Positions 19,643-28,925 of a DNA stretch of 64,000 nt are shown here, in pieces; within the stretch, counting starts at the first letter, position 1, and the number at the start of each line of letters is the position of its first letter. Below the pieces are notes generated by a model that was not told the origin of the DNA, searched no databases, and was given only the letters and a program-made list of their open reading frames with translations. This DNA is from an uncultured Verrucomicrobiae bacterium (GTDB lineage Bacteria; Verrucomicrobiota; Verrucomicrobiia; Chthoniobacterales; JAATET01). The DNA is taken from NCBI GenBank assembly GCA_963719495.1, contig CAVRCI010000002.1, forward strand, positions 640,001 through 704,000. The letters run 5' to 3'. A program made the position numbers and the translations under genes.

Positions 19643-22600
19643 TCACCTGGGCCGATAGCGCGAACGAGCAACGGCCGATCTGATCTTGGCAACTTGGCGA
19701 GGGTCGGGCGGCGACTCGAACCGAATCACGACGCGAAGGCGCTTCTGGGAGGCCGCTCGGTGGATCTGGACGATCGCTTCAACAATATCTTTTTCCGGGA
19801 GCGGCGACGGGATGAGGACGTGGTGAGCAACCGGATCTAGAAAGATCGGGTCGGAAGCCAAATCTTCGCTTGAGGTGCTGAGGTGAACATCGTCAGGTCG
19901 GCCAAGGCGATCAATGGGTGCGTTTTCAATTCGTGTGACCTCGCTTTGTAGCGAAGCGGTGGCAGCCAATTCGCCGCTATAGAGCTTGTGGAGACGGCGA
20001 AGCCGATCAAGCCCGGGTTTTTCTCCATTTCTCAAGCACGACTGTTCCAGAGATCGAATCTCGGGATCACCTTCGATTGTCGTGGGTGTGGAGGAGTATC
20101 GATACAGAAACGCGCCGACGTATCGACACATCAACGTGTGGCCCCAAGCGTGGCCGAATGATCGAATCATCGTGGCAAGTCCGTGGATCGGGTTCGGATG
20201 ACTTTCAGCGATTTGGTTCAACTGCCCGATTGCGCGCCAACGGCGAAGACTGTGCGGTTTTGCGAGAGGAAGTAATCGCCGGAGCTGGCGGCGAATCTGC
20301 TGGGTTTGAGACGTGGCTTTCGATGCAAATTGCGAACCCCGCCGGGCCATTGCAAAGAATGGAGCGCCGATCAGCTCAGGAAACTCGGATGTGCTGACGA
20401 AAATGATTCGTTTCGCGGCCTTTGTTTTCCCGCGGCGAACATACATCGTCATAAACGCAGGGTTGCGATTGTCGATGAGCGCGATCAGCGTTTCCGAGAC
20501 CCGCAGTCCGCCGACGATTATCGCCAGCAAGCGCGAACCAACAAAATCGGCCAGTCGGCGGCGTTCCTCCAACGAAACGCCAGCAGGTCGAACATCGATG
20601 TTGCCACGGAAAATCTCGGAGATTGCGTGAAAAACCGTCTCGTCCGTTGGACAATATTCGGGTGCCGACGGCTCCAGCAAACCAGCTGGGCGGCATCGGC
20701 TCATCAATCTTTCCGCCAGCGCTTGGGCCGGACCGGACCTGTGCATGATGGAGAGGGTGAGGTCGTAAAACCGAGAGTATCCTGGCGTGATGCGCTTTTC
20801 GACAACCCAATTGAAGATTTGATCTTCCACCTGTGCAGTCGTCCGATTGGCAGCATCGAAGACGAATGGATATCTCTTTAGTTGGAATGCCCGATCGCTA
20901 ATTGGTTTTATGGAGCGGCGCTTCTGGAACGGGAATTGGTCGTAGTCGGATCCATCCAAATACTGAAGCTGCGAGACACCGATCGCGGCGCGCAGGTCCA
21001 TTTGGTTGAGACCGTCCGGGATCAACTCGGCGAGCGCGGCGGCGACCGGACCTGGCTGCCGCCACCGGCACAATGCGACGGATAGGCGTTGGGTGAGTGT
21101 CAGTGCAAATTCGGGAAAAATCCGTATGCGACGCTGTTCGGTGCGGAGGCGGGTGGCGACTATGCGGCAGATCCCGCGGTGGATGGAGTCCGTTGTTCCC
21201 GTGAGGAGTGAAAAATTGAGAAGGGCCGATCGACCCGCCATTTGTGGATGCGTTCTTTGAACTCGATCCCGTCGATCGAAGATGAGCCGAAGCGACTGAG
21301 ATTTTCTGGGGAACTTGATTGGATAGAACTCCAAGCCGCCAAGATCATTTCCGAACAGCGGCACGAGGAAGAACCAGTCTTCCGAGATCGGGTCCTGAAT
21401 GACGTTTCTCAGGGTCAGGTAGTGGGACGCTTCAACAAGCTGCCGGATCGGCGTGCCCAGCTCGAGGGCAAGCGCAACCAGAAGCCCCGCTCCTGTTTTC
21501 GGTAGAGGCGGCCCGAAGTGGACAGCATGGATCAAGTCCGAACCGATGGAGGATTCTAGTGCGGTGAGAGGCTGAAAGGTGCGACTGCGTGCGTCGAACG
21601 TCAGTTCGCGGTGAGGTGGGGCGCCATTTGTGTGAGACTTGGCCGACTCTGAAAAATTTGGTTTCCGGGCAATCCCGTCGAGCGATCGCCGGAGAGCATC
21701 AACTGCGTCTCCCAATCCGGAATCCTTTTCGAACTGCTCGAAAACCGCCGTGCAGCGATCAAACAGATCTAAATTCGAGAGGGGGAGGAAAGTCGATTCC
21801 CAGCTGGCAGCCGTGTCGTGTCCGCTGAGGGCACCGGTCGCGAAGGGGTCACGATTCTGGCGGGTGATCGCGTTGTAGAAGGCCGTTCGTCCCTCTTGGT
21901 GGGTCGACGTTTTCGTTTTTTGGTCGCGTTTGAGCGACGTTTCCGCCGGAAGAAACGGCTCATCCCCAAAGAAATCTCGCCCGATGCGAACGAGTTCGCG
22001 GGTGGCGTTCGTTAATGGAAGGTAGCGCACTCCGATCGCTCGGTCATTCGCCCACTTGTCCACAATTTGAAGACAGGAGGCGGGGAACGATCTGGCGCAG
22101 TGAGCCGGATTTTCGATCTGGTTTCGGTTTCGAAATCCAATGCCGCCGAGGATGGCGACGAGCGCGGCTCTACATTCGGCCACCGTTCCTGCGGCCCGGG
22201 TCTGATCGATGATTGCATCGAAGAGCTCACGGGATGAGCGACATACCGTGCCATGCGTGTGTTCCGAGAATTGTTTGCTGGAGATCTCGTCTGTTGCCGG
22301 AATTCCGGCCCACTGCTCCAGTTTCCGCACAGTCTTCAGCCAGAGCGTGCGAAGTTCGGAAGATGTCCGGGAAATGTAGGCGCATTCCGTTCCCGATCCG
22401 TAGACCGGATAACCGCGGATCAAACTCAATTCAGCGGCACTGACGCCACACTCGAGAAGTGCCGCAGCGTCGAACGATCGGTGGATGGCGACCGACCGGG
22501 ATGGGATTGGCCCGCACTGAACCGCAATTTCCTTTCGCAGGTAGTCCCGATGGTCCGAGTGCACTCCGGCTGGCAGCTGCTGCGCAATGGATTTTCCCTT

Positions 22601-23503
22601 CTGGACCAAGCCAGCCTTCGCGAGGTCGTTGACGAGGCAGGGGAGCAGCGGTAGCTCGAGAAGGGAAAGCTGAAAGCCCGTGTTGCCGTAGTAGGTGCCC
22701 CCGATTTCTTTGACAAATACCCTGCGTTCCAAGTCGATCCACCCCGGGGCACTTTGGGAAGGCGGCCCTCCGATCTCGCAGTCGAGGAGGTCTCGGTAAT
22801 CGATCGCGTAGTAGATCGACAATTTGGCGAGCGCTGCAAATGCCGGCATCAAGCGGTGGGGGTTTTTCCGGGACAATTTGACGTGAAGGTGACCACTCAG
22901 CGACGCGCAGCAGACCGGTCGAAACTGATCGACGACCGACCAGCGAATGATTCGCCCGTGGGCTGAGCGGGCTGGCTTCGCGTCCTCGAATTTCTCCCAC
23001 GGATCCAGATCTTCCCGCCGCTCCCCGCGGGTTCGCTCGGTAAGAGGGCTGCCTTCCGCGAAAAGCGCAATCATCCGAGACACGGCCGTTACAGTCTTCT
23101 CAGATAATCGGACGTCGCGGCGGTCGAGTAGTCCCGTTGGGCTTGGCAGCTGGAGAGTAAATTCGGCAGCTTGGAGGTGCGTTTCCACCGTTCCGCCCAT
23201 CCGGGTGATTCGCTCTTGGAGCACCAGATGCCTCCGAGCAACCCGAGCGATCATCCCGACTTCGGTCTTCGAGCTTGCCGCATTGAAGTAATCGGGGAGT
23301 TGGTTCACGCAGGTTTGAGCGGCCTGTCTTATCCGGTCGTCCGCCGCGATAGCTCGCAACCAGCCTGGCGTTCCAAGTAGCGAGATGAATCTTTGGAATT
23401 CAAGAGCGCAACACTCGTTGCCAAATCCCGCCTCGGGATGGGCGACTTGCACCCCACGAACTCGAAGCGCGGCGACAGTCGAGGCCAGGGTGTGGCTATT
23501 CAT
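19643..23503 (-). CDS. Very large (~1290 aa) protein with tyrosine-recombinase-like domains
   Basis: C-terminal catalytic set GGLRVSE, GKTKAAKR, HSLRRW, FGH...CRY. A second internal set GIGFRN, IVDK, RYLPL, HQEGR, SGH. ATG 23503 overlaps the upstream stop (ATGAATAG). Confidence 0.8.
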   Translation of the reverse strand: MNSHTLASTVAALRVRGVQVAHPEAGFGNECCALEFQRFISLLGTPGWLRAIAADDRIRQAAQTCVNQLPDYFNAASSKTEVGMIARVARRHLVLQERITRMGGTVETHLQAAEFTLQLPSPTGLLDRRDVRLSEKTVTAVSRMIALFAEGSPLTERTRGERREDLDPWEKFEDAKPARSAHGRIIRWSVVDQFRPVCCASLSGHLHVKLSRKNPHRLMPAFAALAKLSIYYAIDYRDLLDCEIGGPPSQSAPGWIDLERRVFVKEIGGTYYGNTGFQLSLLELPLLPCLVNDLAKAGLVQKGKSIAQQLPAGVHSDHRDYLRKEIAVQCGPIPSRSVAIHRSFDAAALLECGVSAAELSLIRGYPVYGSGTECAYISRTSSELRTLWLKTVRKLEQWAGIPATDEISSKQFSEHTHGTVCRSSRELFDAIIDQTRAAGTVAECRAALVAILGGIGFRNRNQIENPAHCARSFPASCLQIVDKWANDRAIGVRYLPLTNATRELVRIGRDFFGDEPFLPAETSLKRDQKTKTSTHQEGRTAFYNAITRQNRDPFATGALSGHDTAASWESTFLPLSNLDLFDRCTAVFEQFEKDSGLGDAVDALRRSLDGIARKPNFSESAKSHTNGAPPHRELTFDARSRTFQPLTALESSIGSDLIHAVHFGPPLPKTGAGLLVALALELGTPIRQLVEASHYLTLRNVIQDPISEDWFFLVPLFGNDLGGLEFYPIKFPRKSQSLRLIFDRRDRVQRTHPQMAGRSALLNFSLLTGTTDSIHRGICRIVATRLRTEQRRIRIFPEFALTLTQRLSVALCRWRQPGPVAAALAELIPDGLNQMDLRAAIGVSQLQYLDGSDYDQFPFQKRRSIKPISDRAFQLKRYPFVFDAANRTTAQVEDQIFNWVVEKRITPGYSRFYDLTLSIMHRSGPAQALAERLMSRCRPAGLLEPSAPEYCPTDETVFHAISEIFRGNIDVRPAGVSLEERRRLADFVGSRLLAIIVGGLRVSETLIALIDNRNPAFMTMYVRRGKTKAAKRIIFVSTSEFPELIGAPFFAMARRGSQFASKATSQTQQIRRQLRRLLPLAKPHSLRRWRAIGQLNQIAESHPNPIHGLATMIRSFGHAWGHTLMCRYVGAFLYRYSSTPTTIEGDPEIRSLEQSCLRNGEKPGLDRLRRLHKLYSGELAATASLQSEVTRIENAPIDRLGRPDDVHLSTSSEDLASDPIFLDPVAHHVLIPSPLPEKDIVEAIVQIHRAASQKRLRVVIRFESPPDPRQVAKIRSAVARSRYRPR

Positions 23504-24338
23504 GGCCATCGGAATCCAACGGAGTCGGTTCGATGACTGCGGCGACGATGGGATCCGATCGCAATCGATCAAAGCCGAAGTCTACAAGATGCTGCAGCCA
23601 CCTAAGAACCCGCGCGAACTCAGTGTCGGCGACGGAGAAGCCGTGGATCAGAGTTTTCTCGAGCAGCCCCGGCTGAACTTCGGTGACCTCGAGGAAGCGG
23701 GAGATGACGGGGTTCAGCAGTTCCGGTGGTGTGGTTACACAATGCTCAGGCAGGATCGCTCGCCGTCGTCGTTGCCGCTGTCGGCTGAGAGAAGCCTTTG
23801 GAGCATCCAAGCGTTTCAGGGCGAGGATTACCTCGAAACATCGTTGCAGGTGCTCCAAGGCGGTCGATCGCGGAATCGGCAGAGCCAGCCAGTTTGTGGG
23901 AACTTCCGAGAGCAATGGTTCGCCCCCCGTGCAGGCCGACAGGCCGAGCTGCTCGGCGGATGGCTTTGCATAGTCGCAAGCATTTCTGCTTTTGGTGGGA
24001 TCTGATACGACGGTCGATCTATTCTTACGCTCCGACCGGCGACCGCCCGCTGTCTGCGAACTGGCTTCGACTTCCGAGCCTGCTGCGAGATTGCGCCGCA
24101 ACTTCGGGTCGGTCTTCCGTTCTCTCTTAAACGACCCTAGGACCGAGAAATTGCAACTGGGCGAGGGAAAATCTGCGGCGATCCCCGGAAGCTCCAAAGC
24201 GTCGGACTCCATCAGGGAACGAGCCTGCTGCGCGGCAAGCTTTGCCGCTTTCTCTGCCTGAAGTTTGCGATCGAGCAACGGTGTAATCGCGCTTCTGGTA
24301 AACCCATTTTTGGCGTGGCCTCCGGTAAGTCGTATCAT
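23496..24338 (-). CDS. Hypothetical protein (280 aa)
   Basis: ATG-started ORF translationally coupled to the large recombinase gene. No recognised motif. Confidence 0.55.
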   Translation of the reverse strand: MIRLTGGHAKNGFTRSAITPLLDRKLQAEKAAKLAAQQARSLMESDALELPGIAADFPSPSCNFSVLGSFKRERKTDPKLRRNLAAGSEVEASSQTAGGRRSERKNRSTVVSDPTKSRNACDYAKPSAEQLGLSACTGGEPLLSEVPTNWLALPIPRSTALEHLQRCFEVILALKRLDAPKASLSRQRQRRRRAILPEHCVTTPPELLNPVISRFLEVTEVQPGLLEKTLIHGFSVADTEFARVLRWLQHLVDFGFDRLRSDPIVAAVIEPTPLDSDGHE

Positions 24339-24898
24339 TCACACGAGAGTATGACCGTTTACTTCTGCCGCTACGGACGGCAGGCGCTTTTTCGGAGTAA
24401 TTGACCACCTCTGCCCAAAAGTGACGTCAGAGTAAGAAGGCTGGCTCGGGCCACGTTGGAGTGGAACCGATCGCACACCGTCGACGAAACCGTGACCGTA
24501 AACATTCCGTTACCGTCAACCCGGCGCGGCCCGTGGCCGCCCATGCGCGAAGATTAACAGAGTAAAGTCCGCTGGGATCACCGCCATTCGTGCGCGGGTT
24601 TCAATGTGTAGCTACACCAAGACGCTTCTTGGTCGCCAATGCCATTTTTAGATTCAACGATTCTCTTTTGCTATTCGCCCGCTTCCCTCGCTCGCTGAGT
24701 CAACGTTTGGGGCAACCGGCCGTTAACGGTCTCGGCCTTGCCGACGACCCGGTGGGCCCGGCTCCAATTTTTTATTCTGGAGCGGATGAAGCCTTCGAGT
24801 CTGCAAACTTTGGGAACCAATAGGGTCGGCACCGAGGATGTTAATATTGTGGTGGCGGCTGAACTACGCTGTCGGGGGAGCGGGGTAACTCTCGCGAG

Positions 24899-27022
24899 TC
24901 AGTCGTGGCGATCGAGCCAGAGAATCATTGTCACGCCACGGGGGTAGTATTTGCTGCCGAGTGGATGTCCGTCGTGGCTGCGGACTTGATCCACGAAGGC
25001 CCAATCCGCGCAGCCCGTCTGCTGCCACTTCGCGTGCGCCCGGTCCCAGCCGGGCGCGTCGGGTGACGTGATGCCGAGGATGGTGTCGTGGACGAACTGC
25101 GAAAGCGCGATTTTGCTCATCCAGGTATTTTGGCTCGTGGAGGAAATCTTCCAGCCGCCGGTGACCGCGTCGATGCAGGTGCCGGTGACGAGGACCGTGC
25201 GAATGTGGGTGGCCAACTTTTGCACCAAGGGGCCGAATCGCCCGTCCGGCGAGACGGCGTCGGCGTCGTCGAGGAACCACGGGAAGACGAGCCCCTCGAT
25301 GGCGGGGATAATTGCCGACTCCTCGTTCTCTCCGATCACCGCAGGGAGTCGGTCGCGCTGTTCGTCGAAAGCGCCCACGATGGTCGCCGCGGCCAGGGCG
25401 GCCTGGTGTTCCGTGGCTTCGGCGAGAGCGGTGCGGTCCAGACTCCGGAAGGCGTGGGAGAGCGCGACGCAGGCGGCCCACGTTTTCACGGCCAGATAGA
25501 CGTTTTGCCGGGCCTGGCCGAGGCTGGAGTCGAGGCTGTCGTAGGTGGTGATCTCTTGACCCAGCGTGCCGCACCGCGACGAGTCGAGGAGCATGATCCC
25601 GGTGCGTTTGCCCGGATCGGGATGGTCGCGGCTGAGTAGGCTATCGAAGGTTCGCGCGAGAATGGGAGCTTGCTCGCCGAGCCAATTGGGATCGGGGGAG
25701 CGAAGTCCGTAAAGGGTGGCGCAGAGGATGAAGTTCACGAGCTGCTCGTGGGTCATGTGACTGAAACATCCGGGCTTGTCGGCCAGCTCGTAGCTGGACC
25801 AGCCGGGGGGCGTGAATTGATTGGCGATACCCATGTCGTGAGTGAACGAGATGCCGCCGGGCGACGGCTCACGGTCCGCCAGGACGTTCTGCGTGGTGTC
25901 CTCGTAGGAATAGGTTTCGACGAATTGATCGAGCACGTTTCGAACAGCCCAGGGGAAGTAGCGGAGTTCGAAAAACAGGTGGTCGACCGTGAGGTCGAAG
26001 GTATTCATCATCCGATACTCGCCTTCGTTGACGACGTAGAGCGGCTGGCCGGTGACGGTGTGCCGAAGCAGCTGGGTGCTGCCGAAGTAGCTGTGAGTGG
26101 CGTGGGCGAGGAGAAATTGGCGGTCCGCGTTGAGGTCGCTGGCGGCGAGTTCCGCCTCGCGTTCGGTGCAGACTCGGCGGAGGTCCGGTGCGCGGGTGAG
26201 GGCGGTGCGCAGGACGTCTTCGAGGTCGGCGTAGTGCTGGGTGTAGAGGTAATCAGTCGGAATTCCACTGGTGACTGTGCCGTCAAGGTAGAAGCCGAGC
26301 GCGACCGTGAAGGTACGAGTGGTCCGGGGCGGCACCCGGAACAAGAGTCCGCCCTGGCCGACGAGGCGGTGGATTTCCCCTTCGCCCGTGGCGACGGTCC
26401 TGGCGGTGTTCCAGGTGAGAATTTCCTCGGCGTCGGGCGTGGTGGCCTCGACGGCCAGACCGTAGCGGGGGCCGGAGGCAACGCCGAGTAGCTCGCCTCC
26501 GGTGGTGTCGGAGAGGAGGCGGAGGGGGCTTTCACCCTTGGTACCGATGCCGAAGTAGGTCCAGGCCGGGTGATCGGAATCGCGGTTGTCGAGCGTGATT
26601 TCCGAGAGAATGGCGGGGAGAATCGCGAGACGGAACTCTCCCGCCGGGGCGGTGGCGGGGTCGGCGACCGGCCCGAAAGGAGTGAGGAGGCGGAACGTCA
26701 GGTCGCTCGCCGACCACGCGTCGGTCGTCCAGCCAAGTGAGCGATCGATCTCGTCTTTCGAGAATACGCGCCAATGCTCGAAGGAGCCGTGGTCGCTGGC
26801 GGCGTCCTCGAGGGCGAAGTCGGCTTTCGACGCCGTGTAGCCGGAAAAGAACGGCAGCGCGCGCGGAGTTTCACCCTCCCGCGAGTAGGCGACGTAAACT
26901 TCCTGATCGGCGGGGCGACCGAGTTCGAGGCCGAATCCGCCACCGACGCCGTGGCGTCCGAGGGTGAAGCTGGAGTGGGCACCGAAGGGGCTGTGGTGGG
27001 CGTGAAAGTCGTTGGAGATCAT
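24899..27022 (-). CDS. GH52 beta-xylosidase
   Basis: FHAHHSPFGAHSSFTLG, VVNEGEYRMMNTFDLTVD, GGISFTHDMG, EITTYDSLDSSLGQAR, SKYYPRGVT. Confidence 0.92.
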   Translation of the reverse strand: MISNDFHAHHSPFGAHSSFTLGRHGVGGGFGLELGRPADQEVYVAYSREGETPRALPFFSGYTASKADFALEDAASDHGSFEHWRVFSKDEIDRSLGWTTDAWSASDLTFRLLTPFGPVADPATAPAGEFRLAILPAILSEITLDNRDSDHPAWTYFGIGTKGESPLRLLSDTTGGELLGVASGPRYGLAVEATTPDAEEILTWNTARTVATGEGEIHRLVGQGGLLFRVPPRTTRTFTVALGFYLDGTVTSGIPTDYLYTQHYADLEDVLRTALTRAPDLRRVCTEREAELAASDLNADRQFLLAHATHSYFGSTQLLRHTVTGQPLYVVNEGEYRMMNTFDLTVDHLFFELRYFPWAVRNVLDQFVETYSYEDTTQNVLADREPSPGGISFTHDMGIANQFTPPGWSSYELADKPGCFSHMTHEQLVNFILCATLYGLRSPDPNWLGEQAPILARTFDSLLSRDHPDPGKRTGIMLLDSSRCGTLGQEITTYDSLDSSLGQARQNVYLAVKTWAACVALSHAFRSLDRTALAEATEHQAALAAATIVGAFDEQRDRLPAVIGENEESAIIPAIEGLVFPWFLDDADAVSPDGRFGPLVQKLATHIRTVLVTGTCIDAVTGGWKISSTSQNTWMSKIALSQFVHDTILGITSPDAPGWDRAHAKWQQTGCADWAFVDQVRSHDGHPLGSKYYPRGVTMILWLDRHD

Positions 27023-27134
27023 GGGCGAGGATGGCTTTTTGGTTGGATGGATTGGCTGAGAGCGGGGTGGGGTTCGTTGGCGATCAAGAGAAAATGGAAT
27101 TGGAGAGTTGGGAGCGTCGAGACGGGAGCGAATT

Positions 27135-27971
27135 TCAGCCTTTGACGGCACCGGAGCTGAGGCCGCGGACGAAGAGTTTGACCGTGAACATGAACAGCAC
27201 GAGCAGCGGAATGCTCGCGATGAAGAAGGCGGCCATGATCTTGCCCCATTGCTTGACGTATTCGCCGTCGAGGTAGATCAACCCGACGCCCAGAGTGAAG
27301 AGGTCCTCGTCCCGCAGCAGGATGAGCGGCATGAGGAAGTCGTTCCACGCGGCGAGGAACGACAGGATCGCGAGCGTGCCAATGATGGGACCGCTCATCG
27401 GGATGACGACGTTGAGCATCTGCTGAAAGTGGGACGCGCCGTCCATTTCCGCCGCTTCGAAGAGGTCATTCGGGATGTCTTCGATGAAGTTGCGCAGAAC
27501 GTAGATGTTGAAGACCTGCACCCCGGAGATGCCGAGGATGACGAGCGCCCAGAGCGAGTTGAGGAGGTTGAGATCTTTGAGCAGCGAGAAGAGCGGGACG
27601 ATGTTGGCGACGCTTGGCATGAGCATCAGCACGAGAAACGCGGCCCAGATCACGCTGGCGAACGGCATCTTGTAGCGGGCGAAAAAGTACGCGGCCATGA
27701 TCGCCATGAAGAGGCCGACGGCCGTGCCGGTCACGGCGACGAAGGTCGTGTTCGCGACGTAGGGCAGGATGAGTTCGAGGCCGAACGCCCAATTTTCCCA
27801 GTGCCACTCCGAGATTGGCGACGGCAGCCAGGGGTTCCGGAGGAACTCGGCGTTATCCTTGAAGCTGACCTGCAGCATCATGTAGAGCGGGAAAAGCTCG
27901 ACGGCGACGATGCCCCAAATGAGGAGGTGCTTGGGGAGTTCGCCGCTCCGCCGCTGGGTCTGGTCGCTCAT
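27135..27971 (-). CDS. Carbohydrate ABC transporter permease (MalG-like)
   Basis: EAAEMDGAS (EAA motif), hydrophobic TM segments, GAVKG C-terminus. Confidence 0.93.
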   Translation of the reverse strand: MSDQTQRRSGELPKHLLIWGIVAVELFPLYMMLQVSFKDNAEFLRNPWLPSPISEWHWENWAFGLELILPYVANTTFVAVTGTAVGLFMAIMAAYFFARYKMPFASVIWAAFLVLMLMPSVANIVPLFSLLKDLNLLNSLWALVILGISGVQVFNIYVLRNFIEDIPNDLFEAAEMDGASHFQQMLNVVIPMSGPIIGTLAILSFLAAWNDFLMPLILLRDEDLFTLGVGLIYLDGEYVKQWGKIMAAFFIASIPLLVLFMFTVKLFVRGLSSGAVKG

Positions 27972-28918
27972 TTGGAAACGCGAACGTATTTGTTGTTGAT
28001 GACCGTGAGGCCGAGGATGAAGAAAAACAGGATGATCCCGATCGCGCAGGCGTAGCCGAGTTCGCCGGCGACGAAGGCTCGGTTGAACATCCACAGGCCC
28101 GGCACCATGCCGGCGCCGCCCGCTCCGCCGCCCTCGCCGAGCAGGAGAAGTTGCAACCCGAAGCCCTGCAGGGTCGCGATGATGAGCAGCACGAGGCTCA
28201 AGCGGACCTGCGTCATGATGAGGGGAAACTCGATGTGCCAGAATTTTTGAAATGGCCCCACGCCATCGAGGTCCGCCGCCTCGTAAACCTCCGTCCCGAT
28301 GCTTTGCAAGCCGGCCAGATAGATCAGCACGCCCACGGTGCCGATCCACGGGAACCCCCAGATGATGAGCGACGGGATGATGAGATCCGGCTGGCTGAGC
28401 CACGCGATGGGGACGTCGCTCTGAAAGAGCTGCCAGTGGAAGACATGACTATCGAAGAAGACCAGCAGTGACTTGAGGCCGGTGGCGTCGAGGACTTTGT
28501 TGAGAACGCCGAGATTCGGATCGAAGAAAAATTTCCAGATAAACAGGACGACGAGTCCCGGCACGATCATTGGGATGACGAGCGTCACGCGATACCAATA
28601 CTGCCATTTGTCGCTCTTCACGCGGTGAACGAGCACGGCCATCACGATCGATGGGATGAGTTTCACGACGTTCGCGACAATGAGAATGGCGATCGTCACG
28701 AACGAACCCCAGAGCACCGTGTCGCCGAACGCGCGGGTGAAATTCTCCAGCCCGATGAACTGCTTGAAGTCGCCGCCGCGCCAGTCGAAGAAGCTGTGGT
28801 AGACGGCGCTGATCGCCGGAAAGTACGAGAACGTGCAGACGAGCAGCACGGACGGAACGACGAAGAGAAACAGCCGCCACTCCTTGAGGGCCTTGGCGCG
28901 GGAGATCGGGAGAGCCAT
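27968..28918 (-). CDS. Carbohydrate ABC transporter permease (MalF-like)
   Basis: FIGLENF, YLAGLQSI..EVYEAADLDG, GYACAIG. Confidence 0.93.
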   Translation of the reverse strand: MALPISRAKALKEWRLFLFVVPSVLLVCTFSYFPAISAVYHSFFDWRGGDFKQFIGLENFTRAFGDTVLWGSFVTIAILIVANVVKLIPSIVMAVLVHRVKSDKWQYWYRVTLVIPMIVPGLVVLFIWKFFFDPNLGVLNKVLDATGLKSLLVFFDSHVFHWQLFQSDVPIAWLSQPDLIIPSLIIWGFPWIGTVGVLIYLAGLQSIGTEVYEAADLDGVGPFQKFWHIEFPLIMTQVRLSLVLLIIATLQGFGLQLLLLGEGGGAGGAGMVPGLWMFNRAFVAGELGYACAIGIILFFFILGLTVINNKYVRVSK

Positions 28919-28925
28919 GCGGAAG

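Larger units (their letters stand above)
14963..24338 (-). mobile_element. Putative hybrid mobile element: multidomain tyrosine recombinase + TnsB-like + TnsC-like + ClpX-like ATPase (ends not identified)
   Basis: Six co-oriented genes, two pairs translationally coupled. By eye the composition is less GC-rich than the flanking catabolic genes. Sits between an IS1380 remnant and the GH52 gene. Confidence 0.75.

Noticed and set aside
14963..24900. CRISPR-associated transposon (CAST) interpretation
   Set aside because: No repeat-spacer array and no RuvC/Cas motifs were seen. The large ORF carries tyrosine-recombinase motifs instead.
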